NCBI GenBank assembly: GCA_963796965.1
Contig: CAWCNS010000011.1
Span: 704,001-768,000, forward strand
Length of the DNA stretch: 64,000 nucleotides
DNA from: Calditrichia bacterium
Lineage (GTDB): Bacteria; Calditrichota; Calditrichia; JAJRVZ01
Direction: 5' to 3'
Shown: piece after piece, positions 1 to 10,487 of the stretch
How the letters are laid out: every line of letters begins with the position of its first letter
Position numbering within the stretch: the first letter of the stretch is position 1
Made by a program: the position numbers and the translations under genes
The notes under the pieces: generated by a model
What the model was told of the DNA's origin: nothing
Databases searched by the model: none
The model's input: only the letters and a program-made list of their open reading frames with translations

Positions 1-301
1 TATATAACCATAATCTTGCTTGGTTCTTATCATTCCAATTGATCAAGTCTGTAAACACAACTTCCTTGTTCAAAAAATTAAAACTTTTAATAGTAAGATT
101 GTGAGGACTTTGTAGTACAGGCTTTTTGTGAATATTTTTCCCTGGGGCAGGAAGAGGGGATTTTAGTTTTGATATATGACGTATATACCATTTAACTAAC
201 AGGACTTTTTTTATATGAATTAATATGTAGTAAAAGATTTGATTTAATCTCAAATATCTTAATGTATTCAGATAAAGATTGAGTTTTTTTAAAATATTCA
301 T
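1..301 (-). CDS. Heparinase II/III-like protein, N-terminal part (runs off window start)
   Basis: Manual translation from ATG at 301: MNILKKLNLYLNTLRYLRLNQIFYY...SFNFLNKEVVFTDLINWNDKNQARLWLY, open to position 1. This N-terminus is typical of polysaccharide-locus heparinase II/III-like proteins that follow the bi-domain oxidoreductase. Not in the ORF track. Confidence 0.65.
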   Translation of the reverse strand, partial: MNILKKLNLYLNTLRYLRLNQIFYYILIHIKKVLLVKWYIRHISKLKSPLPAPGKNIHKKPVLQSPHNLTIKSFNFLNKEVVFTDLINWNDKNQARLWLY

Positions 302-359
302 TCAGTATTTGTGCGTTCTCAATGATTTTAATTTATTCTGCTCCCAGATCGAAGGGGGC

Positions 360-2519
360 TTACTCTTCAATTTTTGTGGGTTTTCCCGTTCTTAGGGACT
401 CAAGAATTTTAAAAGTTGCCAAAGCACCATAATAAACATCCTCAAACGCGTAATGCTTATCATCATTTCCTCTAATCAGATCAACAAAGAATTTAATTTC
501 AGATTGTTGACCTTTATCCTGGTTTGCCAACCTAATTCGTTTCTTTTTCGATGCGCCATAAAGATATAACTCTTTAAAATCTACTAATTTTGCAGATTTA
601 TCATCAGAAAAAACCTCGACATATTCTTTCTCCATGGCCGAATCACCATTTGCAGTATAAATAATCGTCCCTAAACTTCCATTCTTAAATTTTAGCATTG
701 TTGAAATATTATCCTCTACTACCTGATCATTATGATTTAAGGATAAACCGGAAGTAAAAACTTCGATTGGAATCGAGTTAGTAAGAAAGATCATGTAATC
801 AATAAAATGACAAACTTCTCCAATAATTCTTCCTCCGCCTACTCCAGGGTCCTGTACCCAATGATCTTTTGGTATGAAACCTGCATTTACGCGATAGATT
901 ATATTCTTTGGTGCGTCTTCATTCACAAAAAAGTCTTTAAGATTTTGAGATAGAATGGAATATCTGCGATTATAGCCAACCATTAATATATTTGGTTTTT
1001 CCAGGTAGGCATCTTTAATCGCCATTAATTCAGCTATGGATAGTGCTAATGGTTTTTCAACAAAAACATGTTTTCCCGATTTTATTGAGGCAATAATCTG
1101 TTCAGCATGAAGGTTATGTCTTGTTGTGATAAAGACTGTATTGATTTTTTTGTTTTTAAGCAATTCCTTATAATCTGTAGTAATAATTTCAGCATTATAT
1201 TTTTTTGCTGTATCTTCTGCGGAAATGCCTGTGCCTGTAGCAACGCCATGTATATCAATTCCTGAATAATTTTTTAGATTTGGGTATAACATGCTCCCTG
1301 CATAATTACCTGCACCAATCAATCCTACCACAATATCCGATCCCGGTTTTTTAATAGGACTAGATTTTACCCTTACCATTCTTTCATGATTACGCTTCTT
1401 ATCATATTCAAACAGGACACCCAAATAATTGTTATTACCTTTTAATATCTTATCATAGATATCAAGTGCCTTTTCAAACTTAAATTTGTGTGATGTTAAA
1501 CTTTTAACATTTAATTTGCCCTGTGCAATTAATTTCAAAACAGCCTGCATATTTCTCTGTTCGGTCCAGCGAACATAGGCATAAGGATAATCCTGTCCCC
1601 TCTCCTCATAAAAAGGATCATATCTTCCCGGTCCATAAGACATTGAAAGTCTCAGGTCCAGCTCTTTCATGTAATAAGCATTTCTTGGAACATTCATTGG
1701 AATCATACCGACAGCTATTACTTTACCTTTATGCCTGGCAAGATCGGCAGCAAATTCAATGGGTTCGTTACTTTTTGAACTTGCTGTTATAATAACTGCA
1801 TCCACACCCTGATTCTGAGTAATTGCATCAACCTGGTTCAGCAGATCGTAACGATTACCTACCAAGCCATAATCAATTCCTAAATTCTTAGCCATTTTGA
1901 CTTTTGAAGGATCTAAATCATTACCTATTACGACACACCCGTTTGCCTTTAATAGTTGAACCGAAATCAATCCGAGTAAACCCAAGCCCATCACATAAAC
2001 AATATCGCCCAAACTAGGCTCAGCCTGCCTCACACCTTGCAGGGCAATAGCACTAAGTGTCGTATAGGCTCCCTCTTCAAAGGAAACGCTATCAGGTATC
2101 TTAACTGCAAGATTTTTAGGAACATAATTTATTTCAGCATGATTTGCATAACCCGCACCAGCACAGGCTACACGATCTCCAACCTGATAATCACCTCCAT
2201 CTTCACCTACTTCAAGTATAATTCCTGAGCATGAATAACCTAAAGGCTTTGGTTCTTCGAGCTTATTCATTACTTTTTTATAGGTTGTTCTAAGTCCTTC
2301 TTTCTTAACTTTACTGATCACTTGTTGTACCTGATCCGGTCGCTCTTTTGCTTTGCCAAGCATGCTTTTTCGTGCTAAGTCCAGCATCATTTTTTCAGTA
2401 CCGATGCTTATGAGTGAATTGACTGTTTTTACTAATACGCCTCCTGCTTGTGCGTAAGGTGCAGGAACTTCCTTCAGGTCCATTTGACCATTTTTAAAAT
2501 TTTGAATAATTTGTTTCAT
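360..2519 (-). CDS. Bi-domain oxidoreductase (MDR/alcohol dehydrogenase-like + Gfo/Idh/MocA), polysaccharide biosynthesis
   Basis: N-terminal PLGYS..G, GLGLLG and SYGPGRYD; C-terminal GLIGAGNY, HVFVEKP, MVGYNRR and GGGRIIGEVCHFID. Confidence 0.9.
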   Translation of the reverse strand: MKQIIQNFKNGQMDLKEVPAPYAQAGGVLVKTVNSLISIGTEKMMLDLARKSMLGKAKERPDQVQQVISKVKKEGLRTTYKKVMNKLEEPKPLGYSCSGIILEVGEDGGDYQVGDRVACAGAGYANHAEINYVPKNLAVKIPDSVSFEEGAYTTLSAIALQGVRQAEPSLGDIVYVMGLGLLGLISVQLLKANGCVVIGNDLDPSKVKMAKNLGIDYGLVGNRYDLLNQVDAITQNQGVDAVIITASSKSNEPIEFAADLARHKGKVIAVGMIPMNVPRNAYYMKELDLRLSMSYGPGRYDPFYEERGQDYPYAYVRWTEQRNMQAVLKLIAQGKLNVKSLTSHKFKFEKALDIYDKILKGNNNYLGVLFEYDKKRNHERMVRVKSSPIKKPGSDIVVGLIGAGNYAGSMLYPNLKNYSGIDIHGVATGTGISAEDTAKKYNAEIITTDYKELLKNKKINTVFITTRHNLHAEQIIASIKSGKHVFVEKPLALSIAELMAIKDAYLEKPNILMVGYNRRYSILSQNLKDFFVNEDAPKNIIYRVNAGFIPKDHWVQDPGVGGGRIIGEVCHFIDYMIFLTNSIPIEVFTSGLSLNHNDQVVEDNISTMLKFKNGSLGTIIYTANGDSAMEKEYVEVFSDDKSAKLVDFKELYLYGASKKKRIRLANQDKGQQSEIKFFVDLIRGNDDKHYAFEDVYYGALATFKILESLRTGKPTKIEE

Positions 2520-2773
2520 CTTAGCTTTCTGTTTTAGTTAAAATTTATTCATTGCCATAAAAATAATAGATGATGTTTGACAAATCAGTTTGATCTTCCG
2601 AAATTCGCCATACTGCTCCTGAACATTTCAACAGGATCATTGAATTAAAGAAATTAAAATCTATAAAATATAATTTATTTCTCTATAGATTTCTTAATTT
2701 AACAAAAACAATTAAATATCTCATCAAAATTATCTTCTCATTTGAAAATGGATTTACTCAGGTAAACAACTAA

Positions 2774-3817
2774 ATGCAATCAAAACATATACACTATTTA
2801 ATGACTCATGGATTGGGTGACATAGTAACTGTAATACCTGTGCTGAATCGATTACTTGCATCTCCCTCTATAAGCCTCTCAATTACAGTAAAAAGTAGAT
2901 TAGAAGCAGATTTAATTACTTTATTGTGCCTTCATACGGATATCAAATTTATTTATTTTCAAGAAATTATAGCATCTAGAAATTTTATTAGATCCTTTAT
3001 ATCTTTAGCCAGACGAATACGAAACATGAAACCTGATATAATCATTGCCCAATTTGGTGTCGACTCCAAAAAATCAAGTTTACTCTCACTCTTTTCAGGT
3101 GCAAAAATTCGTATTGGCTGGGAGGGAACTTTTTCGTTTTTAAATACAAAAACCTTATCCCCAACAGATCAACACAAAATTGATGAAAACCTTAGAGTGC
3201 TTAGTGGCTTTTATAATGATTTTGATAATCTTCCGGCGGAATATCCGGAATATCTCTCCACAGATGATAAAATTAAACAATCCCCTATTAACAGGCTCAT
3301 ACAAAAGAGTTTTACCAATATTGTCATTAGTCCAGGATCGGGAGAGGTGGAGAAGCATAAACGATGGCCATCAAAAAATTTCAGTTCCTTAATAAATCAG
3401 ATTTTATCAAAACATGAGCATATTTCTGTTTTCTTGGTTGGTTCACAAGCAGAACGAGATCTTTGCAAAGATATTTTAAACAACTGTGATCATAATCAAA
3501 ATATTCATAATGTCGCCGGTCAGACGAGCATCAGAGAATTATTAGAATTGCTTAACAGAGCGGATCTCACAATTGCCAACTGTAATGGTGTGTCACATCT
3601 TGCCTGTACAACCAAAAGTCGCATCATAGGTCTTTATGGTCCAACAGATTATCGAATTACCGGGCCAAAATCGCCAACATTTACTCCTGTTACAGCAGGA
3701 TTAGAATGTGCTCCCTGTTATGCAAAAGACTATCTAACTGGATGTGGAAATCCTATTTGTATGGAAAAAATAGAACCAGAGAAGGTGGCTAAAATTGTCA
3801 CTGATATATTAAAGTGA
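2774..3817 (+). CDS. Glycosyltransferase family 9 (heptosyltransferase-like)
   Basis: HGLGD.V, PGSG...KRWP, AGQTSIREL, GVSHLA, LYGPT and C-terminal CAPC...C....CM. Confidence 0.88.
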   Translation: MQSKHIHYLMTHGLGDIVTVIPVLNRLLASPSISLSITVKSRLEADLITLLCLHTDIKFIYFQEIIASRNFIRSFISLARRIRNMKPDIIIAQFGVDSKKSSLLSLFSGAKIRIGWEGTFSFLNTKTLSPTDQHKIDENLRVLSGFYNDFDNLPAEYPEYLSTDDKIKQSPINRLIQKSFTNIVISPGSGEVEKHKRWPSKNFSSLINQILSKHEHISVFLVGSQAERDLCKDILNNCDHNQNIHNVAGQTSIRELLELLNRADLTIANCNGVSHLACTTKSRIIGLYGPTDYRITGPKSPTFTPVTAGLECAPCYAKDYLTGCGNPICMEKIEPEKVAKIVTDILK

Positions 3818-5083
3818 TTTTAATTCTTTATGACTGTAGAGTGTATTGATTATTTGGAATACAAATATAAATAATATAAAAATGGCCGACATTTCATAGA
3901 GAGATAGTGTTGTAAAATACTGGCCGTAGAAACTCATCATGCATAGGGTCAGGAAGATAAAATTTAGGTAAGGGATGACCGGATTCCTTTTTTTATAACT
4001 TAGATAATAAAATAGATAAGAAAGAACGGCTAGCAAGGTCGTCATAAAAACAGTAAAAACGTATCCGCCGATCATATAATATAAACCGAAACTCGTGCCA
4101 ACATTTGAGGTTATTCCCGGCGCAGTCTCTAAAAACCCATGCCCTACATAGGGGATCAGATCAATACGTGATGGATCTCCCATCACTACTCTAAAGGTAT
4201 TGATAAAAACTATTAACAATGTCCAGTCTGGTTTAACCAATGGCCAATCCAACCATCTATCCAAAAGAATTGGTCCGGAGACGAAATAATTAATTGAATT
4301 ATTAATCAGATAGTCTCTTACACCTTCATTCTGTAGAGAAAAGGTTCCCCAGGCAAAAGTGAGACTTATCCAAAAAACATTCATCATCAAAAAAACCAAA
4401 ACACTTATATTGCCGACACCCTTTAATTGCTGAGAGAGTTTTTTAGGTAAATTCAGATACAAGAATCCAATGATCATTAACCAAATCAAATGATATTTTA
4501 TTTGTAAAAAGGCAACTGATATAAATAGACCGGCCAAAGCTATAATGATATAGATCTTTCTTTTTGAATGTGGGTAAATAAAAAATAATAATAGAAAACA
4601 TACCTTTGCGACTTGGGCCATATGAGCAACAGGTCCAGTAATCATCATTTCCTCAAATCGCTCATCGCCAAAAAACCACCAACCACCAAATTGGTTTATC
4701 AGACTATAGACCCGATAAAAAATAATTAAAGACAATATTCCAGAAAGAATTATTAGAAAATATTGATACCGGACAAATGGTTTGAAGACAGATTTGAAGT
4801 CTAAGGAAAGTGATGTAATACCCTTTATGTGATAAATATTTGAAAAAATGAATCCAACTAACCAGATGATAACAAGATTGATTAAAATAAACGCATGAAC
4901 ACGTAAGGTCATCGGTGGAAATTGAAGAAAGCCCAGCAGAAAGTTTGTGACCAATGATATGATTACAAAGGGCCAGGCGGCAACACTAAAAGGTGTAATA
5001 ATGGTTTTCAATCTTCTGGCGTCATAGATCGTAAGTGATAATATGGCAAGAAAAAACACCAAACTGGGAAGCTGTACAGTCAT
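3809..5083 (-). CDS. wzy: O-antigen/oligosaccharide repeat-unit polymerase (Wzy-like)
   Basis: About 11 hydrophobic segments, SNVGT.F..YY..GG motif, located in a Wzx/Wzz locus. Confidence 0.7.
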   Translation of the reverse strand: MTVQLPSLVFFLAILSLTIYDARRLKTIITPFSVAAWPFVIISLVTNFLLGFLQFPPMTLRVHAFILINLVIIWLVGFIFSNIYHIKGITSLSLDFKSVFKPFVRYQYFLIILSGILSLIIFYRVYSLINQFGGWWFFGDERFEEMMITGPVAHMAQVAKVCFLLLFFIYPHSKRKIYIIIALAGLFISVAFLQIKYHLIWLMIIGFLYLNLPKKLSQQLKGVGNISVLVFLMMNVFWISLTFAWGTFSLQNEGVRDYLINNSINYFVSGPILLDRWLDWPLVKPDWTLLIVFINTFRVVMGDPSRIDLIPYVGHGFLETAPGITSNVGTSFGLYYMIGGYVFTVFMTTLLAVLSYLFYYLSYKKRNPVIPYLNFIFLTLCMMSFYGQYFTTLSLYEMSAIFILFIFVFQIINTLYSHKELKSL

Positions 5084-5226
5084 ATATATCTAACCCTTAA
5101 CCTACAATAATAAACAAACAGTATAATTAGAATATTGATTAAACAAATTTAATTTTGGCCAAGGATCTCATTATAAAAAATACCCCTTGGGAGATAAACA
5201 TTGCCCTTTTGCCTTTTACTGGTATA

Positions 5227-6300
5227 TCACCACAATTTCAACTCAGTGTATATTTCTTCAACAGTCTCTTTCTGAACGTCAATTAATTTTCCGGAATATT
5301 TATACAGTTTTTTTATTAAATAAAGTGTGCGCTTCAAGGATACCCGATACTTAATCCATAATAGAAATATGAAGTAATTTAAAGTAAAGAATCTCCAAAT
5401 ATACCATACAAACTTTGGGTAATAATCTTTAAGATCCACAGTCCGGTTTAGGGCGAAAAGAAAGGTCCGTCGTTCATAATTTTTCATTAATTTATTTACA
5501 GAACTACCAACTTTATGATAAACACAGCTTCCCCCTGAACAAACCATTTGCATGTGGTTTTTTTTCATACGCATGCTAAACTCAAAATCCTCCTCTCCAT
5601 GGAAGAATTTGTCTGACAGATTTCCAAACTTCCCAATCACACTTGCACGTACAAATAATGCACAACCATTTACAAAAGAGATCTTTCTTACTTCATCTCT
5701 CTCAATCGATTTAAAATGCTTTGTCTGCCCCCATACTAATATTTTCCCACCTGCATTTATAATTTTCTTCTCATCATAGCTGTATATTGTTGATTGGGAC
5801 ACCTGAATAGTATTATTAGATATCATTAGGTTTACAAGATCTGATATAGCGCTTTTGTCGATGACTGTATCATTATTGAGTAAAAAATAAAACTGACTCT
5901 TAAACAGCCTTTCAGCAATATCCATCCCCTGATTATTTGCTAAAGCAAATCCGATATTTTCTTTGTTTTTAACAAATAATATGGATTTATTCTCAAGACT
6001 TAATTTCGAATTTGGAGAGGAATCCAAGTCAAAATAATTATAAAGTTGAATTGGTTTATCTACCAGGGGAAATACAAATTCAGGGTACAGCGTATCGATA
6101 GTCAATTCTGAATTCCCGTTTACCCAATCTTCGATTCTTTGAAGAGAATTGTCCGATGAGCCATTGTCAATTAAAATAATATTATAATTATCATATGTCG
6201 ATTTCAGCAGACTCTCAATACATTCAATTGTATCCTCCCATCCATTCCAATTTAGCACTATTATCGTGACATGTGGATTAACTTGAGACATCAGTTCCAT
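5227..6300 (-). CDS. Glycosyltransferase family 2
   Basis: IIVLNWNG..DT..C, DNGSSD, N.GFA.ANN.G, LLNNDT, GCAL, EED.EF. Confidence 0.9.
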   Translation of the reverse strand: MELMSQVNPHVTIIVLNWNGWEDTIECIESLLKSTYDNYNIILIDNGSSDNSLQRIEDWVNGNSELTIDTLYPEFVFPLVDKPIQLYNYFDLDSSPNSKLSLENKSILFVKNKENIGFALANNQGMDIAERLFKSQFYFLLNNDTVIDKSAISDLVNLMISNNTIQVSQSTIYSYDEKKIINAGGKILVWGQTKHFKSIERDEVRKISFVNGCALFVRASVIGKFGNLSDKFFHGEEDFEFSMRMKKNHMQMVCSGGSCVYHKVGSSVNKLMKNYERRTFLFALNRTVDLKDYYPKFVWYIWRFFTLNYFIFLLWIKYRVSLKRTLYLIKKLYKYSGKLIDVQKETVEEIYTELKLW

Positions 6301-7581
6301 CCCATTTTATCGGACTTGATGAAATAAACCAAATCATTATTATGAGTAAAAAGAACTCCGCAAGAAGAAAAGCAATCCCGGCACCCATGGCACCCATCAG
6401 ATATGAGAGGAATGAACATAATACAAGATTAATTAGCCCCACAGTTATAACACTATATGAAAATTGCTTTTTCATACCATAATTGGTCATAAAGATAATA
6501 CCAACAACAAAATTAATAACTCCAAATAGTATAACCGGAGATGCAATCTTCATTATTTTTGACGTCGCCTCGAATCCCTCACCAAATGCAAGTAATGTGA
6601 TTGCATCAGAAAAAATAAAAATCCCCAATGCAACACTACCAGCCAAGACACTGATAAAGGCAATCGTGTATTTAATCACGCGGAGACTTTGTGAGTGTGA
6701 CGTTTTTGTTATTCTTGATATATAGGGATAAAAAGCCTGTGTAAGGGGATTAAAAGTCCCCTGAATACGCTTTGATGATTTTTTCTCCAGCGCTGTATAT
6801 CCCAACAGATGCATCATTAACAAAAAAACTCAATATCAACACATTTGAATTTCGATATAGATTTGCAAATATATTAGATATATACAATTGTCTATCCTGT
6901 CTAAGAAATATCGGCAATTCTAACGGAATAGAACTGTTAAATTTTATTCCAAACTTAAGATACATCAACCCCAGGCTTATGGTTCCTCCCAATAACATCG
7001 AACTGCTATATAAGATGGGTACCAGAATAAAGTCTTCTTCGGAGCGGAGTAAAAGAAAAATTAGAATTACATAAATGGAGCGATAAGTAAAACTTAACGT
7101 ACTGATAAATTTTACTTTTTCGCATCCTGTATAAAACCAGGGTGCTAAAAATATTGTGGCTGTTGTACTGAAAAAATAGAAAATAAATATATTTTTATAG
7201 GCAGCAAAAGGAGGATAGAGACTAAAAACAAGGAACATGAGGATAAAACAACAGGCATTGATTGTCAACTGTATGGTGAATACATTTTTTATAATTCTAG
7301 ATCCTGCATTTACATCTTTCTGATTTTGGGAGACATGTTGAACCCCGGATATGCTATAACCATAATCCGTTATTATCCACAAATAATAGGTTAAAGCTTG
7401 TGCAATACTGAGGATCCCGAATTTTTCCGGACCGATGATTCTGACAATATAGGGGATTGTGATCAGAGGTACGAGATAATTTATTACCTGGAATAATCCA
7501 AAATTGGCAAAATTTACTGATAGACTTTCTTTGCTCCGAAACGGCGACAATTGAATTAAGTTTTTTTCTGATCTTATTCAA
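6278..7581 (-). CDS. wzx: O-antigen flippase Wzx (split over ORFs 6750-7550 and 6278-6823; probable sequencing indels)
   Basis: QVINYLVPLITIPYIVRIIGPEKFG, TDYGY...G, VGIYSAGEK, then frame switch to LTQAFYPYIS. The start may be the TTG at 7581. Confidence 0.85.
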
Positions 7582-7586
7582 GAGAG

Positions 7587-8546
7587 CTATCCATTACACT
7601 CTTTTTTAAATTTCTGATAGATAACAATTGAAGCATTTATGCCCAATTGAATGAAGAAACAGAGCATGGCCATAGAGATAATTAGCAGAGCCCTCTTAGG
7701 ACGGCTTTTTCGGTAAGGTGGATAAGCTTGGTCGAGAATTTTTATGTCAGCAAGATTAACCATATTATCAGCAATAAATATTTCCAATTGTTTGCGAAAC
7801 TCAACCAATAATTGCGTTTGTATTTCCAAATTACGGCGCATTCTGATTTGCTCAACCTGGAAGGCAGGCAAGGTCGGATCAGTACTTGTTTCCAAAAAAA
7901 TCATCAAATCGTTCTCAGCTATTTTTAAACTATCTTGAATACCATTAAGCCGATTTTCCAGATAACTGAGTTTCTGACGATATTCTTTTTGGACCTCTGT
8001 TTTTACAATATGATTAAGAACCTCAATAATTTTATCTGCGATCTGGGCTGAAAGAAAAGGATTTTCAGTTGTTATATCCAGATATAGAATATCATTATCT
8101 GCACTGATATTTACAGCAACCGCTCCCTCACGCATCACTTTTAAAACCTTCTCCGATATCTCCCGCTCATCTTCTTCATCAATTTCAAAGAATTCTACCA
8201 GATTTTGTTTTTTCACTTCTCCTTCATGCTCAAATTCATAATCAATATAAATCACCTCATCCAAAAGACGCTTCGAATAAATAATACCCATATACATTTC
8301 CTGGCTTTGGGCCCGGGAACCAGCCCCAATATCGATTCCGGCTAGTTTACCCAAACCACCCAAATTACCCAGCATTCCCTGGGAAAAACTTGCTGCTGAG
8401 GGTAACACTGATACACCAGCTGTATATTCAAGCGGTATTACAAATAAAACAAGCCCAAGCAGAAGGATACAGTATGCCACACCGATATAGATATTTTTTT
8501 TAAGGTGCTTATAAATAAATGATAGAATGGGATATTTGCTGTTCAT
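7587..8546 (-). CDS. Polysaccharide chain-length determinant (Wzz/GNVR family)
   Basis: N- and C-terminal TM segments, central coiled coil, ILDQA.PP..KSRPKR motif. Confidence 0.85.
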   Translation of the reverse strand: MNSKYPILSFIYKHLKKNIYIGVAYCILLLGLVLFVIPLEYTAGVSVLPSAASFSQGMLGNLGGLGKLAGIDIGAGSRAQSQEMYMGIIYSKRLLDEVIYIDYEFEHEGEVKKQNLVEFFEIDEEDEREISEKVLKVMREGAVAVNISADNDILYLDITTENPFLSAQIADKIIEVLNHIVKTEVQKEYRQKLSYLENRLNGIQDSLKIAENDLMIFLETSTDPTLPAFQVEQIRMRRNLEIQTQLLVEFRKQLEIFIADNMVNLADIKILDQAYPPYRKSRPKRALLIISMAMLCFFIQLGINASIVIYQKFKKECNG

Positions 8547-8723
8547 AATAGATTAAGAGACACTCTACAATGTGTCTCTGCCATTTTATTTTTTTGTTCT
8601 ATGGGCGGACCCCATACAATTATATTTTAATTAATTTGATTTGAATATTCCTTGCTGTCTAAAGGATTCTTTTGGAGAATATTGAATATTTTTCGACGCA
8701 ATCAATGCGTCGCTATTTTTCTA

Positions 8724-8782
8724 TCTTCACTCTTTTTACTACGCTCTACTCTCCACCCTTAACTCTCTTCTCTCAACGGTCT
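8724..8782. repeat. Degenerate heptamer tandem array (TCTnCnC) abutting a stop codon
   Basis: TCTTCAC TCTTTTT ACTACGC TCTACTC TCCACCC TTAACTC TCTTCTC TCAACGG TCT. Confidence 0.65.
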
Positions 8783-10475
8783 ATTTTGCCAACGTGACAA
8801 CCACCAATACAACTGCACTTACCTGAGCAACTATCGCCAACCCATCGATAAAATAAGTATACCAGTCAATTCTATCCTTTTCAGGAATAAATATGATATC
8901 TCCTTCATTAACTTGAGAATCATCCTCCACATCATTCCATTTACCTGTTCGGGAATCAATAATAGTGATCCAACTTTCTCTAGCCAGATATGTAAATCCA
9001 CCGGCAGCTTTGATATAATCTTCATATCCCCAATCGGATCGATAAGTAATGTTACCTGGTCTTATCACCCCACCGGAAACAAATACGGTCATTTTCCGTT
9101 CAGGAATGATAATTAAATCTTTATTATATAAGAGAACGTCACTTGTTGAGTCCATTTCAACAAATAATTTATTATAGTCAACCGTAACAATATATCTGTT
9201 TTCCCTTGTACGTAACCGAAAATAACTCGCTTCCTCAACAGTCATTTCCACGGGTCTAATATTTTCTAACCGTTGCAACTCAACCTCATCTGTAAACGTG
9301 GAATTTTTTCGGATGAGTGATGAACTGAGGATAGCTGCGTCATCTGTAAAACCACCTGCCTGTTTAATAATTTCAGACAGATAAGTTTTACCATTTTCAA
9401 TTGGATATTCACCCGGATAATTGACTTCGCCATTCAAAAAAACAGAAAATTTTTCATGATATTGCTTTTTTTCTCTGATAAAAATGCGATCATCAGGCTT
9501 TAAGAGAAAATTGCTATCTGCCGGGAAAGATAAGATTTCTGTAAGCAATGACTTTTTGTCCGAAGCAAACCGTACCAATTCCACACGCGTTGAGTCTGCA
9601 GTCGGTAATAGTCCGGAAGCAAATCGGATGGCTGTTTTAAGATCATCTCCGGCTCTATATTCATACTCTACCGGGCGGGCGATCGCACCTCTCACCGAAA
9701 CCGTATATCGCGTAGAGTCCCGGAAATTAATATATACAATATCTTCATCCTGCAAATAGGGATTTTGAGAACGATCGCCTAATAATTTATAACGGAGTAA
9801 ATCATATCGTGCCGTACCGGATTTTCTCTTAACTTCAACTGCTCTAAAAGAGACAACATCCCAGTTAAAGATAATCGTAGTATCCAATATCATTGGCTCG
9901 ATCATTTGGGTGACCGCTTCATATAAGCGATTGCTGGAATTCATTATCAACGTGCTCGTGAGGGGAATAGCACCAAGTACATCTACCTTTATTGGATGCA
10001 CCTGAAAGAGATGTGATTCAACCATAGCCTGCGAGAAATTTTTTCGCAAAACTTTATCAATTTCTTCCTTCGCCGCTTTAAGGGTTAAATATCTAACGTA
10101 CACGGTTGGTGCATCCGGAATAATAAGATATCCATCCGGGGTCACGATACTATTAAAAATTTTGAAAGCCGGTCCTTTTACATCAACTTTTATAATAAAA
10201 ACATCACCAGCATCGACCTTGTACTCCTCTTCATTAACAGATGACATCAACATATTTCCACTCTGAGGTTCGGGCATCCTTGTAAACCCCCCGCTTCCTA
10301 GCCCCATCAAAGAAAAAGTTGATTCTTCCTTTTTATCTGATTGTGAATAATCCTGAGATAAAACTAAAATAGGTAAGCAGAGAGAAATTAAATAAACAAA
10401 CCGTATATATTTGAATAATAATTTCAAGGTCTTTTGAGGCTTGATCATACTTTTTAATCTTTTCTCGTTTGACAA
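8781..10475 (-). CDS. SLBB-domain polysaccharide export protein (Wza/KpsD-like)
   Basis: Y.VDAGD poly_export start; repeated GEVNYPG/GGVIRPG and AGGFT SLBB motifs; C-terminal helix. Confidence 0.88.
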   Translation of the reverse strand: MSNEKRLKSMIKPQKTLKLLFKYIRFVYLISLCLPILVLSQDYSQSDKKEESTFSLMGLGSGGFTRMPEPQSGNMLMSSVNEEEYKVDAGDVFIIKVDVKGPAFKIFNSIVTPDGYLIIPDAPTVYVRYLTLKAAKEEIDKVLRKNFSQAMVESHLFQVHPIKVDVLGAIPLTSTLIMNSSNRLYEAVTQMIEPMILDTTIIFNWDVVSFRAVEVKRKSGTARYDLLRYKLLGDRSQNPYLQDEDIVYINFRDSTRYTVSVRGAIARPVEYEYRAGDDLKTAIRFASGLLPTADSTRVELVRFASDKKSLLTEILSFPADSNFLLKPDDRIFIREKKQYHEKFSVFLNGEVNYPGEYPIENGKTYLSEIIKQAGGFTDDAAILSSSLIRKNSTFTDEVELQRLENIRPVEMTVEEASYFRLRTRENRYIVTVDYNKLFVEMDSTSDVLLYNKDLIIIPERKMTVFVSGGVIRPGNITYRSDWGYEDYIKAAGGFTYLARESWITIIDSRTGKWNDVEDDSQVNEGDIIFIPEKDRIDWYTYFIDGLAIVAQVSAVVLVVVTLAK

Positions 10476-10487
10476 TTGATGTTTGAC

